A stretch of 64,000 bases of DNA, from positions 60,382,919 to 60,446,918 of the forward strand of contig NC_068987.1 of the NCBI RefSeq assembly GCF_001194135.2, written 5' to 3'. The translations under genes and the position numbers were made by a program. Below, piece by piece: positions 61,568-64,000 of this stretch. Below the pieces are notes generated by a model, which saw only the letters and a list, made by a program, of their open reading frames with translations, was not told the origin of the DNA and made no database searches. Source of the DNA: Octopus bimaculoides (Eukaryota). Numbering within the stretch: the stretch's first letter is position 1; each line of letters begins with the position of its first letter.

Positions 61568-62868
61568 AAATCCGTGTGTGTGCGTGTGTATGTGTGTGTG
61601 TGTGTGTATGTGTGCATGCGTGCGTGTGTGTTTACATGCATGTAGTTATAACAGAACAAAACTATAAACAAGTAGTCCAAAGGTATCAAATCAATTCATA
61701 ACATACTTATATTTATATAACACTTGAAGGGAAATGTAAATATATATAATAAGAATTATATTTGACATCTTATTACCCACAGCTTACACACACATGCACA
61801 CATGTGCGCACGCGCACGCACACACATATACACACATACATCTGCATATACNNNNNNNNNNTAATGCTTGTAAATATATGTGTAAACACACACACACATA
61901 CATATATATAGGAATGTATGTGTGTGTGTTTGTATGCACCATGTATGTATATATATATGTGTGTGTATATGTATGCATGTTTATATATACAAGCATTTTG
62001 AAGACATAACGTAAAGATAAAGTTTAATTATGACATGTTCTTCTGAGAAATTTTATTGCTTCTTAAATCAATGCATTATCTACAATGATAAGAATTTTTT
62101 AAAAATATATTAATTTTAAATATCATTGTCTATCTTAAAGAATTTATTTCTTCATTATTCAAAGACCTCTTGAGAATTTGTTTCATTATAATTAAATATG
62201 ATGCGGGTGGGTATTACATTTATGTGTTAAGGTGTCTAAGTTAGTATTAGGAAGGGCAAAGGGTATCCACCCATAAAAATCATGCCAAAGCAGACTCAGG
62301 TGTATGTGTGCAGTCAGTATCAACAGCTGAAGTTGTAGTGTACCTAAGCACACTATATTATAAACTCATTATATAGATATAAGTAGCAGTTTTAGTACAC
62401 CTGAACAATATATGCAATAAATTCATTATATATATATATATATAAAATCTAATAACTGTCTAACCGTACTCCTTCTTGTTGACTCTATCTTATTCAATAT
62501 ATATAAATGTATATANNNNNNNNNNTATAAGCAGAAGAGGATTCAGGTATGCAAATATGTGGTGTATTGTCAGGATTATGCAATAAGTATAGAGAAAGGT
62601 GGAAGGCGAGGTTGTGTGGTCAGAATGTTGCTTCCCAACCACATGGTTCTGGGAGAATTATAAAGTTGACGCCAACATCATTTGAGCAGTACTGTTGGAA
62701 TATTTTCCAAATCATATAGATGATATAGCATTCACAGCAGTGTTGAAGAGCATAACATTTGATTTTTCTCAAAATGTTCTTAATAATCAAGACTTGTCAT
62801 GTGATTTGTTTTCCTTGTGATCAATACTCTGAGGTGCTTCAATCTTTATTATATTTTGCTTTGTGTAG

Positions 62869-62897
62869 TTTGACCTCAATGGGCAAAAGTATTCAAG
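62869..62897 (+). CDS. Candidate 29-nt exon
   Basis: Acceptor TTTTGCTTTGTGTAG and donor AAG|GTGAGG; two frames open (FDLNGQKYS or LTSMGKSIQ). Confidence 0.25.
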
Positions 62898-63122
62898 GTG
62901 AGGACAGGCAAAGGTGGACAAAGGAAGGATACTAGTAGAAGCTTCTCTTCATCAAAAAGTCTGAGAATCCAGAAGCATGTTCTCTAGGCCATATCGGCTT
63001 CATTGTTATCAGCTTAAGTTGTTATCAACTGTTACTCTGAGGTCCCTAGCAGTATTTGATACCACAAGGTTTTTACCTGAGAGAAAAGTCTTTTATCTCT
63101 GTCTAACTTACACAGTTGGATA

Positions 63123-63290
63123 CAGGGCCAGATTAAGACCGATAGAGGCCCTAATCACTTGAAAGATTTTCATGTCCCCATATATATGGAATTCAAAATA
63201 TAAACTATATTAAACCATAAAATAAATTTTTATTTTTCAAAATGGAACAAAACTAAAAGTAAGACAGAAAATAATGTTTATTTTTCTATA
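63123..63290 (+). mobile_element. Possible hAT-type terminus (single end)
   Basis: CAGGGCCAGATTAAGACC...GGCCCT resembles hAT termini; no partner end found. Confidence 0.3.
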
Positions 63291-63469
63291 CTTCCACTTT
63301 ATTTATATTTGAAAATGTATGTGTGTGTGTGTGTGTGTGTACATATGTATATATATATAGTTGTGCGATGTAAAAAGTTTGCTTTGGAATCACTTGATTA
63401 GGGTTTCAGTCCCACTACATGAATGTACACACGCACACACAAACACACACACACACATATGTATTTGTG

Positions 63470-63517
<48 letters not shown>

Positions 63518-63764
63518 TGCTGAAGTGAAGACAGCATGTTCTTTGTCTATCTCCTTAACTTCTTAACTTCTTGGAGATTTTAGGTATAATTATACTAATG
63601 TGTCCATCTGTTCTAATTTAATTAAATTCTATGTCTTTGTGCAGCTGAGGATTACTCTGCATTTTAAATTGATGTAAGGATTGCATTGTTCAATTAAATG
63701 GAATTGCATGAAAAAATCATACTGCATTACCTCTGGATATCCTTGTTGCTTATTTTGACTTTAT

Positions 63765-64000
63765 ATCATCATCATCATCATCATCATCGTTTAACGTCTG
63801 CTTTCCATGCTAGCATGGGTTGGACGATTTGACTGAGGACTGGTGAAACCGGATGGCAACACCAGGCTCCAGTCTGATTTGGCAGAGTTTCTACAGCTGG
63901 ATGCCCTTCCTAACGCCAACCACTCAGAGAGTGTAGTGGGTGCTTTTACGTGTCACCCGCACGAAAACGGCCACGCTCGAAATGGTGTCTTTTATGTGCC
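63765..64000 (-). mobile_element. RTE young subfamily 3' end, copy 4 (runs off window)
   Basis: Only 2 mismatches against 246-456. Confidence 0.93.

Overview
Eukaryotic, AT-rich, repeat-saturated draft-assembly window with 16 N-gaps, most of them next to microsatellites or inside repeats. The repeat make-up suggests a coleoid cephalopod, probably octopus (inference). No intact protein-coding gene can be supported, and there is no rRNA, true tRNA gene or CRISPR array. Most of the ORF track is microsatellite or N-gap translation. What can be supported: (i) RTE-clade LINE fragments, including a very young subfamily with four near-identical copies and a C4HC3 PHD-type finger inserted inside the reverse transcriptase; (ii) R4/Dong-like restriction-endonuclease LINE relics; (iii) several tRNA-derived SINE families (working names A, B, C, E, F, G) that exchange heads and tails in modular fashion; (iv) hAT and piggyBac-type MITEs with clean target-site duplications (TSDs), plus a hAT transposase relic; (v) a probable solo-LTR-like 1 kb insertion; (vi) weak host-gene signals, namely a TATA promoter/first-exon candidate near 30.8 kb and a few isolated exon candidates. 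The most unusual structure is at 29.07-29.53 kb: a tRNA-headed SINE whose tail carries a degenerate Penelope-type hammerhead ribozyme fold, present as a head-to-head inverted pair.
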